A DNA stretch of 64,000 nt from Candidatus Dormiibacterota bacterium (GCA_963799005.1 CAWCVK010000001.1:1820066-1884065), one strand, 5' to 3'. Positions 1 to 9,890 are shown, numbered from the stretch's first letter. A program made the numbers and translations. The notes: generated by a model not told the origin, from the letters alone.

Positions 1-33
1 CAACCTGATCGTCTCGCGGCTCTAGGGAGAGCG

Positions 34-1239
34 ATGGCCGTGGTGTCGAAGGCGACCTTCGATGACATCGACGTGCACGGCAAGCGGGTCCTGCTGCGCG
101 AGGACCTCAACGTGCCGATGCGCGACGGGGTGATCACCGACGACCGCAGGATCAGAGAGGCGATCCCCACCATCGAGGCGCTCCGTTCGAGCGGCGCGCG
201 TGTGATCGTGGTCGCACACCTGGGGCGACCCAAAGGCCGGATCGACGACAGCGTCCGCCTCGGGCCGGTCGCCACGCGCCTGGGCAGCCTGCTCGGCGCC
301 GACGTGCGGCTTGCCTCGGATGTGGTCGGCGACAGCGCGCGCAGCATGGTCGACTCGCTGCGTGACGGGGATGTCGGCATGCTCGAGAACGTTCGTTTCG
401 AACCCGGCGAGGAGGCGAACGATCCGGACTTCGCGAGGCAGCTCGCCGCGTTCGGCGAGGTCTTCGTCAACGACGCCTTCGGGACTGCCCACCGTGCGCA
501 CGCCTCCACCGAGGGCGTCGCCCACCTGCTGCCGGCGGTGGCTGGCAGGCTGATGGCGCGCGAGCTCGAGATGCTCGGCGGGGTCATGGACAACCCGCGC
601 ACGCCGGTTGTGGCGATCGTCGGTGGGTCGAAGATCTCGACGAAGGTCCGTGTGCTCGATCACCTGCTCGATCTTGTCGATGTGCTCTGGGTGGGTGGCG
701 CGATGTCCTGCACGTTCTACCGGGCGCTCGGGGAGAGCACGGGTACCTCACTGATCGAGGAGGATCAGATCGCCACTGCGCGCGGCCTGCTCGATTCCGC
801 GCAGGGGCGGCGCGCGGACCTCCGTCTCCCGATCGACGGCGTCGTCGCCGAGCGGGCGGCAGCCGGCTCGCCGACCGAGGTCGTTGCGTGGAAGGCCATC
901 CCCGACGGCTGGATGGTGGTCGACGCCGGACCCGACACGGTGGCGCGCATCGCCGCCAACTCCGCGAGCGCGGGAACGATCATCTGGAACGGCCCGCTTG
1001 GCATCTACGAGATCCCGGACTTCGCTGCCGGCACGCGCGACGTCGCCCGTGCGGTCGCCGAGTCCAGCGCATCCACGGTGATCGGCGGGGGCGATCTCGC
1101 CGCCGCCGTCCAGGACGCCGGCGTTGCTGACAAGATCGGCTTTATCAGCACCGGCGGGGGCGCCACCATCGAATTCCTCGAGGGGAGGACACTTCCGGGC
1201 GTCGCAGCGCTTCGCGACCGCGAGGTCGCCCGGCGTTGA
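34..1239 (+). CDS. pgk: phosphoglycerate kinase
   Basis: 401 aa; 'KRVLLREDLNVPM', 'VVAHLGRPKG', 'ISTGGGATIEFLEG'; ATG preceded by AGGGAGA. Confidence 0.97.
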   Translation: MAVVSKATFDDIDVHGKRVLLREDLNVPMRDGVITDDRRIREAIPTIEALRSSGARVIVVAHLGRPKGRIDDSVRLGPVATRLGSLLGADVRLASDVVGDSARSMVDSLRDGDVGMLENVRFEPGEEANDPDFARQLAAFGEVFVNDAFGTAHRAHASTEGVAHLLPAVAGRLMARELEMLGGVMDNPRTPVVAIVGGSKISTKVRVLDHLLDLVDVLWVGGAMSCTFYRALGESTGTSLIEEDQIATARGLLDSAQGRRADLRLPIDGVVAERAAAGSPTEVVAWKAIPDGWMVVDAGPDTVARIAANSASAGTIIWNGPLGIYEIPDFAAGTRDVARAVAESSASTVIGGGDLAAAVQDAGVADKIGFISTGGGATIEFLEGRTLPGVAALRDREVARR

Positions 1240-1274
1240 CGGCGGGATCCCAGGGCGCCGCAACCTCGCGGCGC

Positions 1275-2024
1275 ATGGTGGCCGGAAACTGGAAGATGCA
1301 CACGACCGTGGACGAGGGCGTCGCCCTGGCGCGCGCCGTGTGCGCCGCTGTTTCGGCGACGCAGGACGTCGACGTTGCCGTGCTTCCGCCGTTCACGCAT
1401 CTGTGGGCGGTCCATGCGGCGCTCGATGGAACCGGGGTACGCCTCGGCGCCCAGGACGTCTTCTGGAAGGACTCCGGCGCTTTCACCGGCGAGATCTCAC
1501 CCGCGATGCTCGCCGGGTGGTGCGACCTCACGCTCGTCGGGCACTCGGAGCGCCGTCACCTTTTCGGAGAGCGCGACGACGAGGTCGGCAGGAAGTTCGT
1601 CGCGGCGCTCGCGCACGGTCTCGAGGTGATCCTGGCGGTGGGGGAGACGAGCGAGGAGCGCGACGACGGCCGGACATTCGACGTTGTGGACCGCCAGCTC
1701 GACGCGGTCTTCGCCGAGCTGCAAAGTCCACCCGCGGTTGACGACTGGGCGATCGCGTACGAACCGGTGTGGGCGATCGGGACGGGTCGCACCGCGACAC
1801 CGGAGCAGGCGCAGGAGGTGATCTCGCACGTCAAGCAACACGTGCGAGCGAGGTACCTCGACGGTTCGCCGCGCGTGCTGTACGGCGGCAGCGTCACCGC
1901 GGCCAACGCGGCGTCGCTGTTCGCGGAAGCCGATATCGACGGTGCGCTCGTGGGAGGCGTCAGCCTCCGCGCCGAGGAGTTCGGCGTCATCGTCGCCGCC
2001 GCCGGCTCTGCTCGCAGCGCCTAG
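1275..2024 (+). CDS. tpiA: triosephosphate isomerase
   Basis: 'VAGNWKMH', 'VGHSERR', 'AYEPVWAIGTG'. Track ORF starts at TTG 1236 overlapping the pgk stop; ATG 1275 gives the canonical N-terminus. Confidence 0.95.
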   Translation: MVAGNWKMHTTVDEGVALARAVCAAVSATQDVDVAVLPPFTHLWAVHAALDGTGVRLGAQDVFWKDSGAFTGEISPAMLAGWCDLTLVGHSERRHLFGERDDEVGRKFVAALAHGLEVILAVGETSEERDDGRTFDVVDRQLDAVFAELQSPPAVDDWAIAYEPVWAIGTGRTATPEQAQEVISHVKQHVRARYLDGSPRVLYGGSVTAANAASLFAEADIDGALVGGVSLRAEEFGVIVAAAGSARSA

Positions 2025-2030
2025 CGCCGC

Positions 2031-3566
2031 ATGACCGGGGTACGGCCCATGCTGCTCGTGATCCTCGACGGCTGGGGATGCAACCCCGATCCGTACGGCA
2101 ATGCGATCGCCGCCGCGCGCACCCCCGAGCTCGATGGGCTCGAGCGACTGTGGCCGCATACGCAGGTGGAGGCCAGCGGTGAAGCCGTCGGACTGCCGAC
2201 CGGGCAGCAGGGAAACTCAGAGGTTGGTCATCTCACCATCGGCGCGGGACGTTTGATCTACCAGCCCCTGTCGCGCATCAACCGCGCGATCGAGGACGGC
2301 ACCTTCTACGAGAACCCGGCGCTGTGTGCCGTCGTCGATCGCGCGCGCGATCGCGGCTCGGCGCTGCACTGTCTCGGGCTCATCTCCCCCGGTGGCGTGC
2401 ACAGCCACCAGGACCACGCGGTCGCGGTCGCCGAGCTGGCCCGACGCCGCGGCCTGGACGCCGTGTGGTTCCACGCGTTCCTCGACGGTCGCGACGAGCC
2501 GCCGACGAGCGCCGCGGGATTCCTTCGCACCTTCCTCGAGGGCTTGCGGCGCGCCGGCGCCGGCGCCATCGCTTCGGTGAGCGGCCGGTACTACGCGATG
2601 GACCGGGATCGGCGCTGGGATCGGACCCAACGGGCATATGAGGTGATCGCGGGCGCCGGCGACGGCACGGCGGCCGACGCGGTGGCCTACGTCGAGGCGG
2701 GGTACGACGCCGACGTCACCGACGAGTTCGTGGCTCCGGCGTCGATCCTGCACGAGGGGCGGCGAGTCCGGATCGAAGACGGCGACTCGATCGTGTTCTT
2801 CAATTTCCGCCCGGATCGTGCCCGTCAGCTGTGCCACGCGCTCGTCGACGCCGGCTTCGACGGTTTTTCGCGTTCGAGGGTGCTTCGCGACATCGACCTG
2901 GTGACCTTCACCGAGTACGAGCGCGACCTGGATGCGCGGGTGGCATTTCCCCGCGAGGACATCCGGCAGACGCTCGCCGAGGAGGTGAGCACTGCCGGGC
3001 TGCGCCAGTTCCACGTCGCGGAGACGGAGAAGTACGCGCACGTGACGTACTTCATCAACGGCGGCCGGGAGAACGCATTCGACGGAGAGGAGCGCCTGCT
3101 CGTCCCATCGCCTCGAGTGGCGACCTACGACGAGGTGCCGGAGATGAGCGCTGAGGGCGTCACCGACGCGGCAATCGCGCGGCTGCAGCAGGGCGACGAT
3201 GCGCTGATCATCGCCAACTACGCGAACGCCGACATGGTCGGGCACACCGGCGGTTTCGAAGCCACGGTGCGTGCGGTCGAGTGCATCGACGCCTGCCTGG
3301 GCCGCCTCGCTGCCGCTGTCGACGCGGCCCACGGTGGGCTGCTCATCACCGCCGATCACGGCAACGCGGAGTACAAGATCGATCGCCGCGACGGTTCCGT
3401 GCTCACCGCGCACACGACCAGCCCCGTGCCCGTGATCCTGTGTGGCGCTGGCGGTGGCCCGCTCCGCGATGGTGGGGGACTGCGCGACGTCGCGCCCACC
3501 GTGCTCGATGTGATGGGGCTCCCGGTGCCGGCTGCGATGACCGGGAGGTCGCTGCGCAGCGCGTGA
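2031..3566 (+). CDS. gpmI: 2,3-bisphosphoglycerate-independent phosphoglycerate mutase
   Basis: 511 aa; 'LVILDGWG', 'LISPGGVHSH', 'ITADHGNAE'; follows tpiA by 6 nt. Confidence 0.95.
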   Translation: MTGVRPMLLVILDGWGCNPDPYGNAIAAARTPELDGLERLWPHTQVEASGEAVGLPTGQQGNSEVGHLTIGAGRLIYQPLSRINRAIEDGTFYENPALCAVVDRARDRGSALHCLGLISPGGVHSHQDHAVAVAELARRRGLDAVWFHAFLDGRDEPPTSAAGFLRTFLEGLRRAGAGAIASVSGRYYAMDRDRRWDRTQRAYEVIAGAGDGTAADAVAYVEAGYDADVTDEFVAPASILHEGRRVRIEDGDSIVFFNFRPDRARQLCHALVDAGFDGFSRSRVLRDIDLVTFTEYERDLDARVAFPREDIRQTLAEEVSTAGLRQFHVAETEKYAHVTYFINGGRENAFDGEERLLVPSPRVATYDEVPEMSAEGVTDAAIARLQQGDDALIIANYANADMVGHTGGFEATVRAVECIDACLGRLAAAVDAAHGGLLITADHGNAEYKIDRRDGSVLTAHTTSPVPVILCGAGGGPLRDGGGLRDVAPTVLDVMGLPVPAAMTGRSLRSA

Positions 3567-3576
3567 ACGGCGGCGG

Positions 3577-4860
3577 CTACGTCGTCGCTTGCGGCGGCTG
3601 GTAGGGGACCGGCTCGATCTGATCGACGGGATGGGGGCCGCTCTGCCATCCGTCCCGAGGTCCCAGGGTCAGCCGGCAGGCGCCACCGGTGCGCGGGTCA
3701 CACGTCACCGGCTGGGTGTGGATCGCTACACCGTCGCTCCAGCTGACGGTGATCGTGACCGTGAAGGTCTCGGTCGCGGTGATGGTCGCCCCCGGCGAGA
3801 CGGCGGCGTAATCGTGGCTCACGGCGCAGGGATCGGTCCAGCGCTGCGTCGAGGGATCGTAGGCAGGCAGACTCGCGGGCTGCTGCTCGGCCGGGCCGGG
3901 GGCGGTCGTGCTGGTTCCGTCCCCCCAGCTCCATGCGACCGTGCCCGGCGTCACCGTGACGTCGTAGAGCAGGAAGAGCGTGTAGCCGCCCGCCGTGGTG
4001 GTGGTCAGCGCGTGATACGGGTCGGGCCCAGTCGGAACGGTCGAGTCGGTCCACGCGCAGGTCGGGATGTGCACGAAGGTGCGCGATGTCACAGCATCTC
4101 CGGGGAGCGTTTCGATCCCACCCACCGTCCACGATTTCGTCAACTCGGCGACCAGGTCCGCGCCGATGGGAAAGGGCGGCGTGCGCAGCACGCCCGCCGG
4201 CGGCACCGGTGGGGCAGCGTCACCGGCGAGGTACGGAGCGCTGAACCAGAAGCTCGCGCCCAGGCAGCTCCCTCCGAACGGCGCCACCGTCTGCGCGTCC
4301 TGCCAGGTGCCGCGGGTGCGCAGGAACCCCGTGACGGCGATCACGTGACCGGCCACGTTGGCGGCCGTGGCGGGACTGCCCGGCGCCGTGTCGGCGGCAA
4401 CACCGCCGGGCGGGATCGCGCCTCGGGCGGCATAACCGAACCGGGCATCGAAGCCGTCGTACCCGCCGGCCGCGTTCCTGGTGAAGGCGGGATGGATCGC
4501 GATCGCCGCGACGATCCCGCCGCCGGGTGAGGGCGACCCCGGGCCGAGGTGGAAGAGTTGCGATTGGGGACAGGTCATGCCCTGGGGATTGGCTCCGGGT
4601 GGCGGGATCTGGAGCGGGTTGACGGGATCGTCGCCGGTCGGGGTGATGTCCGCGGGGATGATCGGGAGGTAGGTTCCTCCGGCGCCGGCGATCAGCTTGC
4701 CGCCCGTCACCGCGCCGGTGCCCTGGCTGGAAGGCCCGGGTTGGTCGCCGCCCCCGCCGCCCCCGCCGCCGGAGGCGAGGACCGACGCCCCGGGCATCAG
4801 CGCGGCCACGACGGCGATGACCCAGGCACGGCTGACGTGTCGTGTCACCGGGCGCACCAT
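3577..4860 (-). CDS. secreted protein with Gly8 run and C-terminal PKD-like module
   Basis: Signal-like 'RAWVIAVVAALMPGASVLA', then G8. 'WSWGDGTS...SHDY' resembles a PKD motif. Alternative GTG start at 4848 forms a GTGA overlap with the upstream stop. Confidence 0.6.
   Translation of the reverse strand: MVRPVTRHVSRAWVIAVVAALMPGASVLASGGGGGGGGDQPGPSSQGTGAVTGGKLIAGAGGTYLPIIPADITPTGDDPVNPLQIPPPGANPQGMTCPQSQLFHLGPGSPSPGGGIVAAIAIHPAFTRNAAGGYDGFDARFGYAARGAIPPGGVAADTAPGSPATAANVAGHVIAVTGFLRTRGTWQDAQTVAPFGGSCLGASFWFSAPYLAGDAAPPVPPAGVLRTPPFPIGADLVAELTKSWTVGGIETLPGDAVTSRTFVHIPTCAWTDSTVPTGPDPYHALTTTTAGGYTLFLLYDVTVTPGTVAWSWGDGTSTTAPGPAEQQPASLPAYDPSTQRWTDPCAVSHDYAAVSPGATITATETFTVTITVSWSDGVAIHTQPVTCDPRTGGACRLTLGPRDGWQSGPHPVDQIEPVPYQPPQATT
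4747..4770 (-). repeat. short tandem GCCGCCCCC-type repeat encoding Gly8
   Basis: + strand reads gcc gcc ccc gcc gcc ccc gcc gcc, which gives eight consecutive Gly codons on the minus strand. Confidence 0.6.
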
Positions 4861-5717
4861 GCCGCCGGCGGGCCCTTCGGATCCTGGCAATTCCCGCCGC
4901 CGTCCGCGAACCAGATGTCCCCCAGGACCGGGTCATGGCGGAGGACGCCCGGACTGAAGACCGTTGTGTCCCTGGTGAAATCGACGACGGTCGTGCTCGT
5001 CCCGTTCGACCTGTGGATGGTCTCGCTGCAGGGTCCGGAGTAGACGACGACGAAGACGTAGGCGTCGTCGGTCGGCAGGTTCTTGCGCGCAAAGTACGCT
5101 CTTCCGCCGGCATCGATCGCGAACAGCTTCCAGCTCAGCGGGTAGAGGTTGCAGTCCGGCTGGTCGACCGTGCCGCCGTTCTGGAGCGCCTCGACCTCGA
5201 CCGCGGGTATCAGCGCCGGCCCGACCAGCGAGCGCAGCGCGAACAGCTGGTCGTGGCTCTCAGCCCACTTCCACCAGCCGCTGTCCCGGTTGCTCGCGTC
5301 CGCCCAGTGTTGCGCGGTGGCATCAGACACCGCCCCACCGGTCATGTTGGCGACGGTTGGTGCCGCCGGCACGTGTTCGAGGGCGAGCTCGTCTGCCGGG
5401 GGCACGTCGGTGACACCGTGCGAGGACCAGAGCTGACCACACGCGATCGACACCTGCGTCAGCGGGGTGGTCGCCGTCACCGCCGCGCAGGGACGGTTCA
5501 GCGTGACCGCGACAGCCGCGGGGCTCGTAGCGGGCGTGGCCATCCCCTGCCCAGGCAGTGAGCCACCACACGCCGGCAGCGCAAGCAGCCAGCAACCGAT
5601 CAACACTGCTGTCGCGAGTCCCCTCACCACCTCACCCGAAACTCTCGCTGCGCTGGACGGACGGCGCACGCCCGGTGGCGGCTCCGCCAACGACCCTTCC
5701 CGCGGGGCCGCAAGCAT
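4845..5717 (-). CDS. putative lipoprotein
   Basis: Lipobox-like 'LLALPACGG' after a basic N-region. Start moved to ATG 5717 so it does not overlap the upstream gene's stop at 5740. Confidence 0.55.
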   Translation of the reverse strand: MLAAPREGSLAEPPPGVRRPSSAARVSGEVVRGLATAVLIGCWLLALPACGGSLPGQGMATPATSPAAVAVTLNRPCAAVTATTPLTQVSIACGQLWSSHGVTDVPPADELALEHVPAAPTVANMTGGAVSDATAQHWADASNRDSGWWKWAESHDQLFALRSLVGPALIPAVEVEALQNGGTVDQPDCNLYPLSWKLFAIDAGGRAYFARKNLPTDDAYVFVVVYSGPCSETIHRSNGTSTTVVDFTRDTTVFSPGVLRHDPVLGDIWFADGGGNCQDPKGPPAAWCAR

Positions 5718-5739
5718 GGCAGTTCGGCGTGGGGGTCGG

Positions 5740-6669
5740 TTACTCGATGAGCAGGGTCGCGAGGAGCGAGGCGTCGATGTTGCCGGCGCTGAGAATTGCG
5801 ACGGAGCGCGGCGACGGTCGCCCGGCGGCCATCGCCGCGTAGGCAAGTGCCCCGGCCCCCTCGGCGACCACCTTCACCTCGATGGCGAGGCGCACGACCG
5901 TGCTCCGCACCGTGGCCTCGGGCACGACGACCCATTCGCCGAGCAGCGAGCGCAGACGCTCGAACATCACGGGGTCGAATGGCGCCGCCGTGCCGTCCGC
6001 GATGGTGGCGGGCGTGAGCGAGGGTGGACCGTTGAGCGCGAATGCTTGCTGCCACAAGGGATATCCGTCCGACTGGACGCCGACGACCTCGACGTCCGGC
6101 TTGAGTGCCGCGAACGCCATGGCGATGCCGGAGATCAACCCACCGCCACCGACGGGCACCAGGACCCGCTCGACGTCGGGAAGGTCGGCCAGGATCTCGG
6201 GGACGATCGACGAATGGCCCTCGATCACCGCATCGTCGGCGAACGGATGGATGAACACCTCGGGATCGCGCTCCCACTCGCGCGACGCGATCCACTCCAG
6301 CAGACGGTCGCGAGGCATGAGCACCGCCCTGGCGCCGAGGTTGCGTACCCCGTCGACCTTGAGCGCGGGGGCGGTGTCGAACATCATCACCCGGCACGGA
6401 ACCCGGAGCTCGCGGGCAACGTACGCGCATGCCAGCGCCGCGTTGCCGGCGCTCACCGTGAGCAGCCCGCGGGCGACCCGTTCGGGCGCGATGGCGTGGG
6501 CGGCGGCGAAGAAGCCGCGCACCTTGAAACTCCCTGTGGGCTGCAGCGACTCGAGCTTGAGGAACCCGCCGGCCGGCGTCGGGATCAGCGGCGTATGGCG
6601 TATGTGCGGCGCCAGCAGCCGCGCGACCTCGTGCACACGGGCCGCGTCCAACCCCTGGATCGCCGTCAC
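5740..6669 (-). CDS. PLP-dependent threonine/serine dehydratase family enzyme
   Basis: 'LQPTGSFKVRG' (PLP-lysine motif) and 'VPVGGGGLISG'; GTG start overlaps the upstream stop (GTGA). Confidence 0.85.
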   Translation of the reverse strand: MTAIQGLDAARVHEVARLLAPHIRHTPLIPTPAGGFLKLESLQPTGSFKVRGFFAAAHAIAPERVARGLLTVSAGNAALACAYVARELRVPCRVMMFDTAPALKVDGVRNLGARAVLMPRDRLLEWIASREWERDPEVFIHPFADDAVIEGHSSIVPEILADLPDVERVLVPVGGGGLISGIAMAFAALKPDVEVVGVQSDGYPLWQQAFALNGPPSLTPATIADGTAAPFDPVMFERLRSLLGEWVVVPEATVRSTVVRLAIEVKVVAEGAGALAYAAMAAGRPSPRSVAILSAGNIDASLLATLLIE

Positions 6670-7604
6670 AGGGCGACTTCCGTGCCCACCCCTGCGGTGA
6701 CCGCGGCGTCGTAGACGATCCGCGCCACCACCGCGTCCTCGAAACCGCTCCCGGTCGACTTGTACAGGGTGATCTCGCTCTCGCCCTGCCGCCCCGGCTT
6801 GAGTTCGGCGAGCACCTCACCGACCTCGGTGATCGTCGCCGGATCCCGTCCCTGCAGCTCGTGGGCGCCGGCCGGCGGCGCGCTCGCCGCGGCACCCTTC
6901 CACTCGACGAACACGCGGGCGAGGCGCATCGTGTCAGCATCGACCTCGGGACCGAACGTCCCTCCGACCGAGGTCACGTGGGTGCCGGCCTCGAACCAGT
7001 CGTAGCGGGTGACCGGCTCCCTGGCGTCGGTGCAGCAGCAGACCACGTCCGCGCCGCGGATCGCCTCGTCGAACGCCGTGAGCACGACGCATCGGGGGTC
7101 GGCGGCGGCCAGCGCCGCGGCGCGGTCGCGGTCACGCGAGCAGATGCGGATGCTCGTGAACTCCCGAACCGACGCCACCGTGGCGAGATGGGCGTGACCC
7201 TGCACGCCGGCGCCGAGGATGGTGAGCGTTCTCGCGTCGGATCGGGCGAGCACGCGAACCGACACGGCCGCGCCACCGCCGGTCCGCATCGCCGTGATGT
7301 GCTCCCCGTCCATGACGCTCAGCAGCGAGCCGTCCTGGTCGTCGAACAGCGTGATCACCCCCTGGTGGGTCGGCAGCCCGCGCGCGCCGTTGCCCGGGAA
7401 CACGCTGACCGCCTTGAGCGCGAAGCCACGTTCCGCCACCCATCCGGGCATCGCCCCGAGCAGCCCCGACGGAGCTCGCGCCGCGGTGCGAGCCGGCACC
7501 GACGCCTGGCCCGTGGAGTAGGCGCGGAATCCCGCTTCCAGGGCGTCGAGCATCTCCGGCACCGAGAGCAGACCCTCGACGTCGCGCCTGCTGAGCACCA
7601 GCAT
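6666..7604 (-). CDS. ornithine cyclodeaminase / mu-crystallin family NAD(P) enzyme
   Basis: 'MLVLSRRDVEGLL...' N-terminus and Rossmann motif 'LTILGAGVQGHAHL'; about 312 aa from ATG 7604. Confidence 0.85.
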   Translation of the reverse strand: MLVLSRRDVEGLLSVPEMLDALEAGFRAYSTGQASVPARTAARAPSGLLGAMPGWVAERGFALKAVSVFPGNGARGLPTHQGVITLFDDQDGSLLSVMDGEHITAMRTGGGAAVSVRVLARSDARTLTILGAGVQGHAHLATVASVREFTSIRICSRDRDRAAALAAADPRCVVLTAFDEAIRGADVVCCCTDAREPVTRYDWFEAGTHVTSVGGTFGPEVDADTMRLARVFVEWKGAAASAPPAGAHELQGRDPATITEVGEVLAELKPGRQGESEITLYKSTGSGFEDAVVARIVYDAAVTAGVGTEVAL

Positions 7605-7633
7605 GACCGGGCATCTTGGCATGGTTAGGCACA

Positions 7634-8356
7634 ATGGAGGCGATGACAAAACCGCAGGCAGCCTCTGAGCCGATCACCGACGATCGGGAGTTCGACGCCG
7701 TGATCTTCGATCTGGGCGGGGTGATGACCGAACCGCTCTTTCACCATCGAACCGATGTGCCTCCCGAATACTTCAGCCTGATCGCGTTCTTTCTCGGCGA
7801 GTTCCGCGATCACTACCACCTGACCACGGGCGCCCACGACCTCCATCTGCTCGAGATGGGCAAGATCTCGGACGACGAGTTCTTCGACAGGATGACCGCC
7901 CGCTACGTCGAAGCCGGTAACGAGCCCGTGGATCCGCGCGAGGCCCAGAAGGCGGTCTTCGGTCGCGACATGATCGCGTGCGGTGCCATGGCAGATGCCG
8001 TGCGCCAGATCCACGACGCCGGGTACCGGACGGCGCTGCTCACCAACATCTCACGCGAGGGCGAGGCGATCATCACAGGGCTGTTCCCGGTCGACGAGCT
8101 CTTCGACGTGGTGGTCGACTCATCGAAGGTCGGGATGCGCAAGCCGGATCCGGAGATCTACCGGTTGACGTGCAGCCGCCTCGGGGTCGAGCCCGAACGC
8201 TGCCTGTTCATCGACGACCTGCTCTGCAACGTCGAGGCGGCCGAAGCCCTCGGTATGCAGACGATCCAGTGCCTGGACCCGGTCGCCGTGGCCGACGAGG
8301 TGGTGCGCCGCCTGCTCGGCCACCCTGCTGCTGCCGAGGCCGGGGCGGGAACGTGA
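7634..8356 (+). CDS. HAD-superfamily hydrolase
   Basis: Motif I-like 'AVIFDLGGVM', 'LLTNIS', 'KVGMRKPDPEIY', 'FIDD'; start uncertain (TTG 7616, ATG 7634 or ATG 7643). Confidence 0.75.
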   Translation: MEAMTKPQAASEPITDDREFDAVIFDLGGVMTEPLFHHRTDVPPEYFSLIAFFLGEFRDHYHLTTGAHDLHLLEMGKISDDEFFDRMTARYVEAGNEPVDPREAQKAVFGRDMIACGAMADAVRQIHDAGYRTALLTNISREGEAIITGLFPVDELFDVVVDSSKVGMRKPDPEIYRLTCSRLGVEPERCLFIDDLLCNVEAAEALGMQTIQCLDPVAVADEVVRRLLGHPAAAEAGAGT

Positions 8357-9138
8357 CCGCCGACCGCGCCGCGCGGTCGATCGCCGGCGAAGGTGAGGCA
8401 CTGGAAATCGCCGGGATCACCGATCGCGGTCCGGTCCGCACCCAGAACCAGGATGTCTGGGACGCGCACATCACGGCAGCCGGGAGGACCGCGGTGCTCG
8501 CCCTCGCCGATGGGATGGGCGGTCATAAAGGTGGTCTGGAGTCAGCCGATGCGGCCGTCAAGGCCGCGATGGCGACGCTGTTGGAGTTCGAGCCCTCGAC
8601 CGAGGCGGCGACGACGCTTCGCCGAGGCGTCGCCGCCGCGAACGACGCCGTGGCCGTCGCCCGCGCGGAGATCGGTGGCAATCCGGGTACCACCCTGGTC
8701 CTGGCGATCATCGACGGCATGCACGCGTCGGTCGCCAACGTGGGCGACAGCCGCGCGTACCTGATCAGCGGGTCCGCCGTCACCCAGGTCACCGACGACC
8801 ATTCGTGGGCAGCGGGCCAGGTCCGGCTGGGTGCCCTGGATGTCGAGGCGGCCCGCCATCACCCGCAACGCAATCTCATCGAGCGCGCGGTGATGGGTGA
8901 TTCGGTCGAGGCCGACATCTTCGAAGTCGACGCATCACCGGGCGACGTCCTGCTGCTGTGCTCCGACGGGCTCTGGGAACCGCTCTCGGATCAGGCCCTG
9001 GGAGCGATCCTGGCCACACCCGACCCTCTCGGGGTCGCTCTGACGCGCGGGTGTGACGCCGCGCTCGCGGCCGGCGGCACCGACAACGTCACCATCGTCG
9101 CGGCGCGCTGGCTTCCGGCCGTATCCGCTAACGTCTGA
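8353..9138 (+). CDS. PP2C-family Ser/Thr protein phosphatase
   Basis: 'ALADGMGGHKGG', 'VANVGDSRAY', 'LLLCSDGLW', 'GGTDNVT'. GTG 8353 overlaps the HAD stop (GTGA); the upstream part of the track ORF is out-of-frame overlap. Confidence 0.9.
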   Translation: MTADRAARSIAGEGEALEIAGITDRGPVRTQNQDVWDAHITAAGRTAVLALADGMGGHKGGLESADAAVKAAMATLLEFEPSTEAATTLRRGVAAANDAVAVARAEIGGNPGTTLVLAIIDGMHASVANVGDSRAYLISGSAVTQVTDDHSWAAGQVRLGALDVEAARHHPQRNLIERAVMGDSVEADIFEVDASPGDVLLLCSDGLWEPLSDQALGAILATPDPLGVALTRGCDAALAAGGTDNVTIVAARWLPAVSANV

Positions 9139-9144
9139 CCCTCG

Positions 9145-9561
9145 ATGGCACGTCTCTATGCCCAGTTCGGCGCGGTCGTCTTTCTCGCCGTGGGCCTCGG
9201 AGGCCTCCTGACGGGTGACGCCGGGACCCTCGTCCACCACCACCCCCAGGGCAATTTCGGACCGATGACCCTCCACCTGACCTACGTGCGCGACGCCCTC
9301 GACCTGATAGTCGGAGCGGCGCTCGCCTTCGCCGGGTTTCGAGCCGGCGACAGGCTGGGGGAGGAGATCGTGCTCACCATCGGCGTCGTGCTCCTGCTGC
9401 TGGCGCTGATCGGCTTCCTCTACCCGGACAACGTTGCCGGGACGCGCAGCATCGCCGGCGTGCACTTCACCCAGGTGATGAACATCTTCGACCTCATCAC
9501 TGGCGCGCTCGGCGTGCTCTGCGCTCTTGGTGGTTCAGCGGCCGCCACGGCCGCCGCCTGA
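9145..9561 (+). CDS. small integral membrane protein (about 4 TM)
   Basis: 138 aa with four hydrophobic segments and good GC3; family not recognised with certainty. Confidence 0.5.
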   Translation: MARLYAQFGAVVFLAVGLGGLLTGDAGTLVHHHPQGNFGPMTLHLTYVRDALDLIVGAALAFAGFRAGDRLGEEIVLTIGVVLLLLALIGFLYPDNVAGTRSIAGVHFTQVMNIFDLITGALGVLCALGGSAAATAAA

Positions 9562-9568
9562 CCAGGCG

Positions 9569-9832
9569 CTAAACCGCGGCCCCGCTCGTCGACGCGGTGC
9601 CGTTGGCGGCGTGCTCGCCGCGATGCCGAGCGGTCGCGACCATGTGCACCGCCCCGGTCGCCATCGGCTTCGCCCTGCTGAGCGCACGCCCGGTGGTCAG
9701 CGCGCCCTCGCGCGCGGCGGCGGTCATGAGGCGGATTTGCGCGCGTGTCTTGTCGCCGGTCTGCGGCGCGATGCAGAGGCCGAAGATGGTCCCCACTGCC
9801 GCGCCGTGCATCAATCCTCGGACGTAGCCCAT
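9569..9832 (-). CDS. YtxH-like small protein
   Basis: 'MGYVRGLMHGAAVGTIFGLCIAPQTGDKTRAQI' matches the YtxH pattern (G-rich helix followed by APxSG..TR). Confidence 0.5.
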   Translation of the reverse strand: MGYVRGLMHGAAVGTIFGLCIAPQTGDKTRAQIRLMTAAAREGALTTGRALSRAKPMATGAVHMVATARHRGEHAANGTASTSGAAV

Positions 9833-9890
9833 GCTGTCACCTCCTGTCGCAACTCGATCGTTGGGATTCACCCTACTCTCCCGAACCATT

